64,000 bases of DNA, from assembly GCF_009914755.1 (NCBI RefSeq), contig NC_060927.1. One strand, written 5' to 3'. Below, piece by piece: positions 1-13,914 of the stretch. How positions within the stretch are numbered: position 1 is the first letter of the stretch; each line of letters opens with the position of its first letter. The position numbers were made by a program, and so were the translations under genes. This DNA is from the human T2T-CHM13v2.0 reference genome, Homo sapiens. A model generated the notes under the pieces. It was not told the origin of the DNA, did not search any database, and saw only the letters and a program-made list of their open reading frames with translations.

Positions 1-290
1 TAGGTTCAGCCTGACCTGAAGGGGAGCTCTCAACTGTAAACAATGCCTCTGAGATGTCCCTGCCCCAGGCAGGGTATCTGGGCTTCCATTCTTCTATGCC
101 TGTCAGCCACTGGCTAAGAGCCACCCTCGTTGATAACCCAGGTACTTCAGTCTTTCTATAGGTGGGCACAAAAGGGCAGTAGCACAAGAACAGCCCTCCC
201 AGAAGAGCTGCAGGAGCCTTAGGTCAGAAGCAAAAGCATGCCAAGTGGAAGGGGCAGACTCAGAGAAAGGGATCTGGGAATCTGCAGAGC
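1..290. mobile_element. Old ERVL-type LTR fragment (LTR33-like), truncated by window start
   Basis: 'ctgggcttccattcttctatgcctgtcagccactggctaagagcc' resembles the recalled LTR33/LTR16 group; highly diverged. Confidence 0.35.
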
Positions 291-639
291 CCCAGTGGGG
301 TCCCTGCAGGGATAATGCCTAGTGGGAAGGAAGTAGCCACCTCTGTCACTGAGGCGAGGAGGGGAAGGGTGGGAATGGCTGATAGTGGCCAACAGGCAGC
401 CTGTGCAGCGTGTGTGCAGTTCCTGCCTATGAGATGGTGAGAATCATGGAAAGTCATAAGCAAGAGGGAAGACAGAAAAGACCAGGAGACCAAGTGCTGC
501 TGTGTGAGCTCAGGGCACTCTTCCGAGGTTAGCTATTTTAAATAGTGATAACAGTTACAATGGGGGCAAATTGATGCTGATCAGCAATGCATGTAGACAT
601 TTAATTATAGTATTTATTTTATAAACAGGGATTTTCTGG

Positions 640-790
640 AACACAGAGTATTTCCTTTGCAAGAACTGTCCATATTCTTTGTCCACTTACCTGTGGGGTG
701 GTTGGATTTCTGGTTGATTTGTAGAAGCTCTTTCAATACGAGGGAAATCAGGCCTTGGTCTGTCATGGGTATCCCTGTGTTTTTTCTCAG
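640..790 (-). mobile_element. L1ME fragment
   Basis: 'ctgtccatattctttgtccactt...ttgatttgtagaagctcttt' matches the antisense L1 ORF2 3' region. Confidence 0.6.
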
Positions 791-1169
791 TTCATAGACA
801 GATTTTGTGTGTACACAGATTCTTCTTCCTTGCCACATACTGTGTGGGGGAGTGACATTGCTAACTGTCCACCACGTTCTCCAAAAGACCTGTCATCATA
901 TCCCACCCCTGGCCCAGGGCTGCTGGAAGACTGTGCCACATAGGAGGTGAGGAAAGTATCAGCCAGCAGGTTCTGCCCCAGCCTCTGCACAGAAGCAGAT
1001 GTGTCCCCACAAGGGTGTCCTGATATGTCATGTTCCCTAGTTCCTTAGTCATTGCTCAGGTTATCATGAGCATTTTAGAGAACTTACTTTGTGTTTAAGA
1101 AACCTAATGGTATATAAAGCTATAATGACTTTTAATCATATGAAAAGATAGTACAGACGGTGAGAGGGG

Positions 1170-1810
1170 AAACTGACATGACCTGTTTGGTGGACAATTT
1201 GCAATATCTATTGAAATTAGAAATGCACATGGCTCTGACCCAGCAATTCCACCTTGAGAGTTTATAATAACAATACATTCACACATGTACATAAAGAAGT
1301 ATGTGCAAGGATGTTCATTTCCACATATGGATTGTAAACTCCTCCACGGCAGTGACACTGAATGTCTCATTTTCTACTCTCTATTCCCTAGAACAGTGAC
1401 TGGCACACAATAGACACGAATACAGATTTTTTTTTTTAAACAATGAAGAGTTAAGGGCTGGGAAAACACCTGTGTTTCATGGTTGACTAATTATAGTACC
1501 TCCATAGAATGGAATATTGTACAGTCATGAAGAAGAGGTAGATTGAGGTGTGTGTGATACTGAACCATCTCTAAGGTATAATGTTGTTAACAGCAAGGTG
1601 TAGAGTAGGGCAAGTAGTATGCTGCTATTTGTTTAAAAAGAAAAAAATAACATACATAAATGTGGAAATATGCAAAAACTGTCTCTGCAAAGGTTTATAA
1701 GAATTGCCAATATAGGATGAGAGAGAAACTCTTCACCATTGGCTCTCTTTTGTGGTGGTTGCTTTTTTCATGTGTGTATAATGTATATTGTCTATTCTAA
1801 ATAAGTAAAT
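1170..1810 (+). mobile_element. L1ME 3' end with an embedded L2 3'-end-like piece (~1330-1420)
   Basis: 'ggacaatttgcaatatct...tgacccagcaattccac...aaggatgttcatt' and 'atggaatattgtacagtc'; L2-like tail 'ttgtaaactcctcc...cctagaacagtgactggcacacaatag'. Confidence 0.6.
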
Positions 1811-2318
1811 AAATGAGGTGCTGTTTCCGAATGCGCTTCAATCAGTTTCTCCTCCGGTAGGGAAGACCGCCACAGGAGCTTTACAGTGCTGTCGTTCTGC
1901 GTAGCCAGAGCCTGCCTGCCTTGCTTGCTTGTTGTGTAGTTCCAGCTTGTCTCCCTTTCTCTGAGTCTTGCCTCGCCACACTCTTTCTTGCCTCGGACCT
2001 AGTCATGTTTCCTCACACTGAAACTTCCAGGGAAGGAGCTGCTGAGCAGATTCGTACTGTAGTGTCAGTGGCTGCCACGGCTCACTGCATTGCTCATCTT
2101 GGAAGTACTGTTATTTAAATAGGGACCAGGTCTTGAGCCAAGAGACCTAAGTTCTGACTGAGCAGATTGCAGCATTGGCTTCTGTGCCCTATGCTAGGTA
2201 GACGTATCCAGCAGCCCCTGAACAGCTGTACTTGCCCCCCTCCTATCCTCTTGACTACATAAAGAGGCCAGAGAGCAGAGAGAGAGGGCTCTGAGAGGCA
2301 TTGGCTGTTTATTTTCCT

Positions 2319-2681
2319 TGTCTTAACCAACTTGTTCTGCCATAACAAAATACCACAAACTGGGTGGCTTAAACAACAGAAATGTGTTTTCGATGGATTG
2401 GAAGCTGGGAAGTCCAAGATCAAGATGCTGGCTGATTCAGTTCCTGCCGAGGCCCCTCTTCCTGACGTGGCCTGAAACTGCATGCTCACACAGCAGAGAG
2501 GGAAGCGGCAAGCCTCTGTGTCTCTTCTTATAAGGACACTAATCCCATCATGGGATTAGTAATTATGGTTAGACTTCATCTAACTGTAATCGCCTCCCAA
2601 AGGCCCCACCTCCAAATACCATCACATTGGAGGTTAGGGCTTCAACACATGAACTGGGGGGACACAATTCAGTCTATAGCA
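2319..2681 (-). mobile_element. MaLR solo LTR (MLT1A-like)
   Basis: tgtctta...ataccacaaactgggtggcttaaacaacagaaat...gacacaattcagtctatagca; TG..CA ends, ~360 bp. Confidence 0.9.
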
Positions 2682-3049
2682 AACCCGTCCCAGAGGGCCT
2701 GGGATGTGTCTTCGCAGCAGATGAGAGGACTGGGCATGAGGAGACCAGGTGGTTGGCTGCGGAGAAAGAAGGTCATAGTGACACTGCCATCCTGGTTACC
2801 TTTGGCCACCCCAGCTTGTGGAATGTAAGAAGGCCCAGGAGCCAGTTCCCAAGCATCTCAGGCCCCAGGTTCTCTTAGCCAAGCCCTGAGAATACATCAA
2901 GAACAGGTGAGGGCATGTGGACGCAGGTGTGCGGGGGGCCTCCCAGCAGCTGTCCCCTCTTCCTGCTAATGCTGCTCTGATTTTCACCTTTGCTCACCTC
3001 TCTCCAGTGCTGCTGAACACACCTCATTCTGGCAATCTGACTGGAGAGA

Positions 3050-3435
3050 GACAGTGTCACTGTGGTGGGTTCAGGGATAGGCTCAGGACCCTATTTGGGC
3101 AAGTAAGTCAGGAGAAGCGGTTGGTGGAGTCTTGGAGGGAAGTTGTCTTGCTCTTCTGAGAGTGTGTGCTCTCCCTTCCTCTACCGTGCATGTGAGAGGA
3201 AGTGTGTGCCCCAGAAGCTGGTGGTGCCATCTTGCCTCCCTCAGGAAAGAGGCTCAGGATGGTGTCGACTCAGTGGAAGGCAGAGATGAAGCCTGGAAAG
3301 AAACCAGGCCCTTGGGGGTGTTACTAACCCACTGGACCGTGACCCATCTGAAGCCTGCCCTGTCTCTAGACTCAGAACCAGTAAGTCTATTTCATGGTTA
3401 AAGCCAGCCTGAGTGTGGTTTTGTAACGTTGGTTG
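3050..3435 (+). mobile_element. Old MaLR LTR (MLT1K/L-like)
   Basis: 'gctggtggtgccatcttg', 'ttaaagccagcctgagtgtggttttgtaac' 3' end. Confidence 0.55.
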
Positions 3436-4314
3436 AAAATTCCTAATGGATTTTCATCCAACAGGCAGTTAGTATTGGCAGGAAACACAGAGATCTAAGG
3501 CTGCCTCGTACTGGGGGTGGGAGGTGGGAGGCAGTGGGGAGATAGTGCCGGGTGTGGTGGAAGCCAAACAATCTGGGAACACCACAGCTGCTACCTGCAC
3601 TGGGACTACCATATCTTCAGAGTCCACCAATTTTGGGATGACCCAGCTGGAGAAGGGACATTTCCTTTCACCAGCAACTCCCAGCCATGGCAGTAGTGCC
3701 TTGTCAGCCACAGGGGCCAGGCCAAGCCATGACCCCAGGTCAGAAGTGACTGCTTCCACGCTGGACAATTGTCTGTTCCCATTTGAGCATCGTCTCTGAG
3801 CTCCACAAGCCCTGCTGCCCTCTCTAAGGCTGTGAGGGAGAGCAGGGTTGTGGGGAGAGAGGAAAAAAGACCCTGGGGAAGGAGAAGGAATCCCTAAGAT
3901 AGACGCTTTAACCTACATCATGGCTGAGAGTCACATCAGAGAAGACAGCAGAAACACTGGGGTGGATGGAGTATTTTGCAAAGGTACCCTTCGTTGAGAC
4001 TATTTTCTCCTCTGTCCTTGCCCCTGCACTCACCAGTGTAAGCACCCAAATAGGGACTTGGAAAGCAAAGTTGATATCAGTTATTAGAAAAGATAAAAAC
4101 ATCTCCTATTTGTGCATGAGTGTGACTGCCCAAGGTGATATCAGAAGCTTCTTCTTTCTAGATGTGCATTTAGAAAGATGTGCACACAGACTGTCTCTGG
4201 AAGGACAAATCAGAAATGACTAACAATGGTTAGGGGAACAGAGAGAATGCTTGGGGTCAGAGGGGCTTTCTCTAACTGTTAAGTCTTTGGGTTCTTTTCT
4301 GTTATCGTTTGTAG

Positions 4315-4552
4315 GTTGCACAGTGGCTCAGAGAGTAGACTTGGAGCCAGGCTGCCCGGTTTTATAGCCCTGCTTGACCTGTGTGATCCGAGGTGAGTTA
4401 TTTCACCTCTCTATGCTTTTGTGGTACCTCTTACCTCATTGAGTTGTTAGTAAGGTGCAAACAACTCACTATCTGTGTATATGTGAAGCATTTAGGACAA
4501 TGCCTGGCACAAAGTAATGGCTATGTAAGTGACTGCTATTATTATTGTTATT
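4315..4552 (+). mobile_element. MIR SINE
   Basis: 'ttggagccaggctgcccggtt...gagttatttcacctctct...gcatttaggacaatgcctggcaca...tattattattgtt'. Confidence 0.8.
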
Positions 4553-5539
4553 GCCATTAACTTAAAAATTAGATACAATCTTGAAAAAAAGGAAGTCACC
4601 TGTGGATTTCTTTTCACAAAAGATGAGAAGGGATAGCAGGGACTGAAACCTGCTGGACCACTAAATAAAATTTCAGCTGTTACTTGTAGCCCCTGTAACC
4701 TAATCTTTCATTAGAACTATTTGTAGTTAAGAAAATATGAATCTGTAATCATTTTTGGTCTTCCCCCTTGGCAGAGGTGAGGGTGGGTGAGGTTGGCAAG
4801 AAGAATATGGATAATCCAGCCTTGACTATTGAAATCTGATTAACCAAATCTAGGGTGTGACCGAGATGATTGTTATCTCAGAGCTTTGGAACCAGAATGC
4901 TGGTGGAGAAAAGGCAGCTGTCCTGGTTCCTTGGGGCTGTATCTTGCATGCTCTGGGGGGAACTCAGCTTTTGTTTAGGTAAAGCCCTGTAAACCTACAC
5001 ATGTACCATGCCATGTTCCTGGGCCCATAATGCCTGTCCTGAAGCCCTTGTAGGAAGGCGCTTAGCTGTCCATAGAAAGAACAGAGCCCCTAATCAATGG
5101 AGTGAGCTGTGTTCCCAGAGCATTTGGCTTACTGTTCTCTCCTGTGAAGGTGCTTGGGACTCATTGGGGGAATTCACAGTGTCCTAAATATTGTGCCTAT
5201 AAGCTACCCGAGGTTTATGTGGCTGTGTTGAGTCCCTAGCGATGGTATTTTGCTTTAGGAGCAAGAGCCAGGGCTTGGAGCCTTCAGCATTATGCCCACA
5301 GCCCACCAGACTCTCAGCAGGAAGGCAAAGGTCGCAGTGCAGATGACCCTTGAATCTGGATTTGGGCTGCAATGGAACAGTTAACTAGAGTTTTCTGAAT
5401 CTATGAGGTTAAAGAAGAAGCCTTTCCAGCTTGAATCTAGTGAGACTGAATTCTTTGGGGATGCGGAACTGGAGATGAGGTTCTTTCTAAAAGAGATGCC
5501 ACAGAAAACGGGGTGATTGCATTTATTCCTGTCACCAAG

Positions 5540-5597
5540 GAAAGATTTTACATGGCATAGTTTAGGTAGAAAGATTTCACATGACATAGTTTAGGTA
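5540..5597. repeat. 29-bp tandem duplication (2 copies, 2 mismatches)
   Basis: gaaagatttYacatgRcatagtttaggta at 5540-5568 and 5569-5597. Confidence 0.9.
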
Positions 5598-5650
5598 GAC
5601 ACTGACATGGATGTGTTTGGAAGTGTCAACACCCAACGGGATAAGGTAAT

Positions 5651-5846
5651 CAGCCCTGTCTAAGAGAGCTTTCTGATGACAATGATCCATATCTGCACCA
5701 GCTACATGTGGCTACCAAGTGCTTAAATTATGGCCAGTGCAGTCTAAGAACAGAATTTTTAATTGTATTTAATTTAAATAGATTTAAATATACATAGCCA
5801 CATATATTTACATGGTGTCTGATGATAACTGTATCATACAGCACAG
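5651..5846. mobile_element. MER3 (hAT-Charlie MITE)
   Basis: 'cagccctgtc...agctacatgtggctac...aatttaaatag...cagcacag'. Confidence 0.75.
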
Positions 5847-5909
5847 TTATAGACAATTGACTTTTCTCTATAGTACTTCGTTTGGGAAGAGAAAGAGCAA
5901 GTAACATTT

Positions 5910-6080
5910 TGTGGAGCTGTGTTTCAGACATGATGCTATATGCTTTCTCTTACAGAATAATCTTGTTTAATCTCCACAAGTTTGAGGACTAAACTGGGTG
6001 CCACAGAGAATTAAGTAACTGGTCGAGGTTGTATCAGTAAGAAGGGAGCACGGAACAGATTCAAGCTCAGGTATGGCCCA
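5910..6080 (-). mobile_element. MIR fragment
   Basis: 'cacagagaattaagtaactggtcgaggt...gattcaagctcagg'. Confidence 0.55.
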
Positions 6081-6271
6081 CCCAAGTGCTGCTTGTACAT
6101 TCCACAATTGGGTAGACTCTGATTTACTTAAGGGTTTCGATTACAGTGGCAAAGTGAATTAAGGGCCAGGAAATGTGGCTTTGTGGTTAGGTAAGTTGAG
6201 ATTATTTCACTTGAAGAGAAGAATACAGAAGAAGTCACTCAATCTTTAGAACTATATTCAAAGATCATTTC

Positions 6272-6662
<391 letters not shown>

Positions 6663-8534
6663 TGATAAAGCCTTGTTTCTGACATGGGCATTTCTCCACA
6701 TCTCAGGGAGCCTGGTTGGACTTCAGGCCCCTGTGAGGCTGACTCTGTAGTCCTGGAGAAACTCAACAGCCAGGAACTTAGGACCATTTGTGTGTGGCAT
6801 TTGGGCTAACCAGACTGGTGGCTTCTAAAGAAGATGGAAAGCATCACGTTTCCTGTATTTAAATTATTTGGTGATCTCAATACTGGTTGTTAGCCAAAGT
6901 ACACAATGGAGACAGCCTATTTGCTCTACTACTTTTGATGTAGAAATATTACTAAGCTTGAGCTGATTAATAGAACTGTTACACATTTCTGTGCTCCCCT
7001 TACTGGTGGCATGAAATAATTCTTTTAAAACCTGCCATGTGTTCACATTTAAAACTAAAAGTAATTTAGATTACATGGATTTGAGAAGCCCATGTTGACA
7101 CGTAATTGCCAACAGATGGGCTTTCAAATGTAATGAAGTGAAAATGGTCAGTACCCCATGTGTTGGATTTTGCAATTTTCCAAAGTAAGCTGTCATTTTT
7201 GGCATGTCATGCTAGTTAAGAACACAATGTATTTATAGCTCAATTATACATTTTCTGATGAATTTGGCATGGCATTTTGTTTTTCCATCAGTCACTTAAG
7301 ACAGGACATTTGCCATTCCAAGAATGAATTAACACTCTTCTAAGTGATCTATAAACTGAGATGTAAAATAAATTACAAATTGGGACTGTTTTAGTTTTTC
7401 AAGCAAAGGGTGTTTAAATAAAGCTTGAAATCATAAACCTTATTTCCTGTTTGAGAAGATGGTGTATTCATTACAGAGTGAAATAAAGGATTTTAATGTT
7501 TTTTTTTTTTTCCGGCAATAATAGTTAGAATCTTACGTTCTTCAAAGAAAATTTCAAAGAAAATTCATAACACTTGTTAATATTTGTATGCCATGAACTT
7601 TCTGGAGTGATTGATCTATGCAATTCTGTTTATGACACTGGTGTTCATCAGTGAAATTTGCATAGAGTATGTTATCAAGGCAAACCAAAACCAACTCTTC
7701 ATACCTCAGGGGAAGGCGTTTTCCCACATGTGGCAGCCTAGATAACAGGACAGTGTGTTAGAAAGCCCTCATTCTATTTTCCCCTCTTCACCATTATTTC
7801 TACAGGGTGCACACCAGGGCATATATATAATAGTGAGAGCAAACAGAAGTACTGATAAATCACCTGGCTAATAAATAGACAACACAATCACCTAGATGAC
7901 TTAGAATACGTGAATACATACAGACAGAGGTTGGTTGATTCCTTGGAGTGTTCTTATGACAGTGCTGATTTGTGTGTGTGGTTAGTTGTTAAAATTTGGT
8001 GCTCCTGCAGGGAGGATGATTGGTGCAGGCTTCTGTTCAGCCACCCTGCCCCTAGTTCCATGGAATGTAATGTGCGGTGGGTGGATCTTCAAGTCCAGAA
8101 GCAGAAAAGCTGGATTTGTGGGCGTTCAGAAGAGTCAGCAAGTTGTGAGAGCAGCAAGGGGCAGACTGGTCTGGGCAGAAGGTGTGGGCCGAGTGAATGA
8201 ATTGTAGGGAAGACCAAACAGAACAGCAGTGAACCTGGCTGGAATCATGCCAGTGGCTACTTAGCAGTAAAGGAAAAAGGTGGAAAACCTTGAAGCCCAG
8301 CAATGGGCATTTGCTCTTAGAGGGTTCTCTAAAGTCCCTGCACACCTAGCCTTGAAAAGAGCCTACTGTGCACAGGGTGAGTTGGGTTGGATTATTTTTT
8401 TGAAACAAATGCCACTGTAAACATGTTTTTCTCTTCACTGGTAAATATCAGAATTATGATGAGGCTTTAGGATAAGGAGATATTATTGTTGGCTAAAATG
8501 AAATTCTATCTTGATTCTTAAAGAACTAAGAAGG

Positions 8535-8655
8535 ATGGTACAGGGCAAAGAGCTCTGGTCTGAGAGTCAGAAGGCATGGGGTCTAGTCCCAGCTCAACAA
8601 CTCAAACTGGCTCAGTCTCTTCTGTGTAAAGTGCTGGGTGTGGGATGAATTACAT
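8535..8655 (+). mobile_element. MIR fragment
   Basis: 'agagctctggtctgagagtcagaaggcatggggtctagtcccagctc'. Confidence 0.6.
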
Positions 8656-8987
8656 GGCAAACAGAGGGAACTGCCGGTTTGAAACACTGTAGTTTTATTC
8701 TCTTTTACCTGTGCCTACCCGGTGCAGAGAACCTTGCTAAGTTGTCCTTTCTTTGGACACATCTCACTAACGTCTTCCCACCTTCTGAAAGAAGACTTGT
8801 GCCTTCTTACTATCATGCAGATATCATGCCTGGCCTTATTACCAGATATTTTAAGTTAAAAAAAAATCCAAACCACCAAAGATCAGAGTTTAATTGATAT
8901 GCTTATTGCTCTGAGCTAAATGAAACAAATGAATGTCTGGAATTTGGTAAATGAGATGACTCCTATTTTGAATTGTAAGTAAACTGA

Positions 8988-9400
8988 TGTGGCAGTCAGG
9001 GTAGTCTAGGATATGCTGCAATAACAAACAATGCCTACATCTCAGGACCTAAGATAAAAAAGGTTTATTTGTTGCTCTCATCACAAGTCCGTTATGGTTT
9101 GGCTGGGGGTTTTACCATAGCATTGTCAGTGTTCTTATTCCACAGGGCAGGCTGGTGGAGCAGCTGCTTCTGGAACATTTCTTGTTGCTACAACTGAGGA
9201 AAAAGAGAACAGGGTGAATTATGCTTAGGTTCTTAGAGTTTCTGTTCAGGAGTGATACATATTACTTCTGCTCACCTTTTATTGACAAAAGCATGTCGTA
9301 GGCGATGCTTAACTTCTTCAGGGGGTGGGAAAGTACAATATCATCATGTTCTCCAGGAGGTGGAGAGCTGGAAGTATGTGGAACAGCACAAATGCTTACC
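8988..9400 (-). mobile_element. Old MaLR LTR (MLT1J/K/L-like)
   Basis: 'agtcagggtagtctaggatatgctgcaataacaaaca...aaggtttattt'. Confidence 0.65.
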
Positions 9401-9457
9401 ACAACAGTGACTGCTGGGCGAGACCTAACCTCATCATGAGCAGAGTCTTTCATATAT

Positions 9458-9831
9458 TGTATTAGTTTGCTGAGCTGCCATAACTGAATACCACAGACTG
9501 GGCAGATCAGACAGCATTTATTTTCTCCCAATTCTGGAGGCTAGAAGTCCAGTGTCATGGTGTAGGCAGGGCTGGTTTCTTCTGAGACCTCTTCCCTTGG
9601 CTTCCCCTTCTCTGTGTGTCTTCACATGATCTTCCCTCTGTGTGTGCCTGTGTCCTTGTCTCCTTATAAGGACACCAGTCATGTTGGACTACAGCCCATT
9701 CCAATGACCTTACTTTAACGAATTACCTCATTAAAGAGTCTGTTTCCAAATGCTGTAATATTCTGAGGTGCTGGGGGTTAGGGCTTCAATATATGTATGA
9801 ATTTTGGGGGGACACAATTGAGCCCATAACA
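9458..9831 (-). mobile_element. MaLR solo LTR (MLT1B-like)
   Basis: tgtattagttt...ataccacagactggg...ttataaggacaccagtcat...gacacaattgagcccataaca. Confidence 0.9.
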
Positions 9832-9955
9832 GATATCATGTTAACATTAGAACTGGGGCTGTAACAATGGTAATTGTTAATAGCAATTAGTAATTAGCAA
9901 AAATTTTGATACATATTATCCCTGTCCCTATACTTGGTATGAAAAAGCTCAATAA

Positions 9956-10252
9956 TTTTTTTTTTGTTTTCTTTTATAGGGTCTTGCTCTGTCACCCAGA
10001 CTGGAGTGCAGTGGTGCAATCTTGGCTCACTGCACCCTTCACCTCCTGGGCTCAGGTGATCCTCCCCATCAGCCTTCTGAGTAGCTGGGACTACAGGCAT
10101 GTGCCACCATGCCTGGCTAATTTTTGTGTTTTTAGTAGAGATGGGGTTTCGCCATGTTGCCCAGGCTGATCTTGAACTCCTGGCACAAGCAATCCATCTG
10201 CCTTAGCCTCCCAAAGTGCTGGGATTCCACACGTGAGCCCGCACGCCAGGCC
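9956..10252 (-). mobile_element. AluJ
   Basis: J-type 'ctcctgggctcaggtgatcctccc'; full dimer. Confidence 0.95.
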
Positions 10253-10479
10253 ACAAGATCTATTTGTGCAAATAGATTATTTCTTGCTATAACATTCATG
10301 ACAGCTCTAAGATGCTGTGATTAGAGTTTAAAAATTGTAGATTTAATTGCAGACCTATAGAAAGTTTTCATAATACACCTCATACCTTAAACTCTCTTTA
10401 AACACATTAGATACTACAGAATCCAGAAGACTGACTTGACTTTTTACTGGTTTTAATATTTCTCCTGTGATATGTGTTA

Positions 10480-11121
<642 letters not shown>

Positions 11122-11728
11122 CTAATGTGGGTACATCACTGATACCTTCCAGTCACAGGGAGACAGGGAGTCAGAATTATTAGAATAGTGAATGAGGCAC
11201 TGTGTAACCAGGACCAGCTCTTTTGTATTTCTTAATCCTTACACAAACCATGTAGTATTACCCACTCTGTGTAAGGCCTACTTCCTCTTGAACCATTCTT
11301 CAGTCATTTTGTTTCTGTTTTTAGAACAGAGGGGCTGGTACAACATGCTTTTTAACAGTTAGGCCAATTGCACCAAAGTCTTGAGAAAAAAACACTTAAA
11401 CCCAGTCATTTTCTGTTTCCAACTGTGCTGCTTTTCATACACACAACTTTCTGGAGCCCAGTGCTAACTGTGACCACTTTTGCTTTGGGAGTCCTAGAGC
11501 TCCTTGTCAAGGCTCAGCCCCGTGGCCTGCACTCACCTCTCCTCCTGATGGCCTTAGCCTCCTGATTGAGACTGCACACTCAGACCATGCTGTTAGGACT
11601 GAGGGATTTTTAGTCCCCCAAGTACCAATGAGAGCTGGAGAAGTGACAAGTGGATGTGTCCAGAGAAGGAGGCCGAGGCAGACCGTGCTCTCTGTTTCCA
11701 CAGTATCCCTTCTCCATTTCTCCCTTAC

Positions 11729-12052
11729 TGTGATGGTCTGAGTTTTGTGTTCCCCACAAATTAACATATTTCAGTCCTAACACTCAAAGTGATGGATTAG
11801 GAGGTAGGGCCTTTGAGGGGTGATTAGTGGCTGTATGAAAGAGGCCCGAGAGTGGCACCTCATCTTTTCCATCACGCGAGGACACAGCAAAAAGGCCCTG
11901 TGAACCATGAAGTGGGTCCTCACCAGAACCTGAATCTGCTGGCACTTTGATCTTGGATTTCCAGCCACCAGAACCGTGAGTGATAAATTTCTGTTGTATA
12001 AGCCACCCAAGTCTATGGTATTCTGTTACAGCAGCCCAGATGGACTAAGACA
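11729..12052 (+). mobile_element. MaLR solo LTR (MLT1A0-like)
   Basis: TG..CA termini with a perfect 5-bp TSD cttac at 11724-11728 and 12053-12057. Confidence 0.93.
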
Positions 12053-12139
12053 CTTACTGACCAGACCCAAGGGTCGTGTAGGGTGGTGATGTGCTCACTA
12101 AATACTGTGCCAGTGCCATTGTAGCTAGGGGCAGCTGTG

Positions 12140-12472
12140 TGACCTGCTTCTGGCTCATGCATGCAAGAGTTCTGTGTGGAGTTTCTGAGAAAACCTTTAA
12201 AAGGAGGTCTGGCTCAGCTGGGGTGCTCTTATTGTCCTCTGCCCTTCACCCTTCCCCTTATTCCTTCCTGGAATGCAGATGCTAGGCTTGGAGGTGCAGC
12301 AGCCAGGGTGCTACAATGCAGGCTCCATACTGAGCAAGTTGGAGCAGGAGGAGAGCAGGAGCCTGCCTCTCCAGTGGCAACCCCAGCAGCTGCTGAACTC
12401 CAGACTTCCTCTCATGTGAGAAAAACCCCCTACTAGACTCTGCCTGTTTGTTAGATTTTTCTGTTACTTGCA
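12140..12472 (+). mobile_element. Old MaLR LTR (MLT1I/J-like)
   Basis: 'cctggaatgcagatg...ggaggtgcagcagcca...ccagacttcctctcatgtgagaaaaa...ttttctgttacttgca'. Confidence 0.65.
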
Positions 12473-12579
12473 AGGGCTCTGCCTCCATCAGCACGGAGTC
12501 TGAGAAAGAAGAGAAGTGACTGGGAAGTGACATGTGAGTGTCCCACCACTGATGACAGTGATGAGAATCAGCAGACTAG

Positions 12580-12752
12580 CAGCCACGCGAACAAACATTT
12601 CCTGAGCACTGACTCCAGATCAGGCACGATGCCAAGCCCTCGACGTGGCATTTTACAGATGAGGAATCTAAGGTTCAGAGGGTTTTAGTAACATGCCCAA
12701 GTCGCACAGCCAGGAAGGGTAGAGCTGGGATTCACACCCAGGCCTGTCCAAC
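12580..12752 (-). mobile_element. MIR
   Basis: Core 'cattttacagatgaggaatctaaggttcagag...cccaagtcgcacagc...gggattcacacccagg'. Confidence 0.85.
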
Positions 12753-13795
12753 CTCCCTGGCCCTCATCAGGACTCTTGACCTCTCTAGCTCTGGTCCCCA
12801 GGCCTCTGTCTTTGGTGTCTAGAGTCAGGCCTTAGGCACCTGTCCACTTTCAAGGCCCTGGCTCTCATGGCTTGTATCCCCACCAACCTCCCCGATCCCT
12901 TCCCTGCAAACACAGCTGCTTCTCCATGGCTGGGCTGGGGTTGGAGCCCCCTCTTCTCCTGCTGTGCCCACCCTCTCCTGTCTGGTGACTCCTGCAGGAT
13001 GGGGCTCCTCTGCCTTCTATTCCCTGTGTTCTCCTCCTTTGCCTTCCTTATCAGAATGAGAACAGGCATGACGCCTCTTCTTAGAGTTTTGATTTTTCAG
13101 AGTTGCAAATACGTCTGCTCTTCACATTGTATCTTTATCATTTTGATTGATGTCAGTTTCTAGAACACCTCAGCACTGGAAACAAGTACCAGAGGAAAAC
13201 AACATACATTACAAAGAAAAATATGTATAGTATTGATAAATGATAGAATCTCAGAGTTGAAAGGAATCTTGGGGCACCATTCAGCCTCACCCTTTCCCCT
13301 GAAGCTGAAAACTCAAAAGGTGAGCTGGGTGGGTAGCGGGGTCAGAGTGCTTGCATGGGAACTGAGGCCTGAGCATTTTGTACAGAAAGAATAAATCCCA
13401 CATCTCCCATACCACGTGTTCAAGCACTTTCAAATGTATCAAGACACTGTTGTGATAGATAGAATATGGATTCCTTTAAAAGCATCCCTGAACGTAGAGG
13501 TTTTGATCATGATGCATTTTCTGGTGTACATGTGTGTTTAAGGCGTCTTCATACTCAGAGTTACGAGCTCCTTCTCAGGCAGACCTGGTGCGTGCTGCTC
13601 ACTCATCCATGAAAGCTCCTTGGGAGCCTCAGAACCGGCCTTATCTTGCATCCAGCTCTGCCTCTGGGTCACTTCTACAGTTGCCCTGGTCCTGTGTAGT
13701 GTGACTGAGAATAAGCCCCTCCAACCTTTGGAAATCAGAGTCTGTGTCCTGGTCCAAATGTGTCCTGGCACCTCTTTCTCATTCTCATCTTGACC

Positions 13796-13908
13796 TATGG
13801 TGATCAGCTTCTCCTGGTCTGCCAGAGAGTATCCTGGATTTAAAACTAAAAGTTCTGGGTCTGGAAACTCCCTCAGTCCCAGGAAAACTGGAATGGTTGG
13901 TCACCACT
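13796..13908. mobile_element. MER81 (hAT-Blackjack MITE)
   Basis: Terminal inverted repeats 'tatggtgatca' / 'tggtcaccac' and internal 'ccctcagtcccaggaaaactgg'. Confidence 0.75.
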
Positions 13909-13914
13909 GTCTAC

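Noticed and set aside
1825-1995. Slight CpG enrichment suggesting a promoter
   Set aside because: Far too short and sparse for a CpG island; no other promoter evidence.
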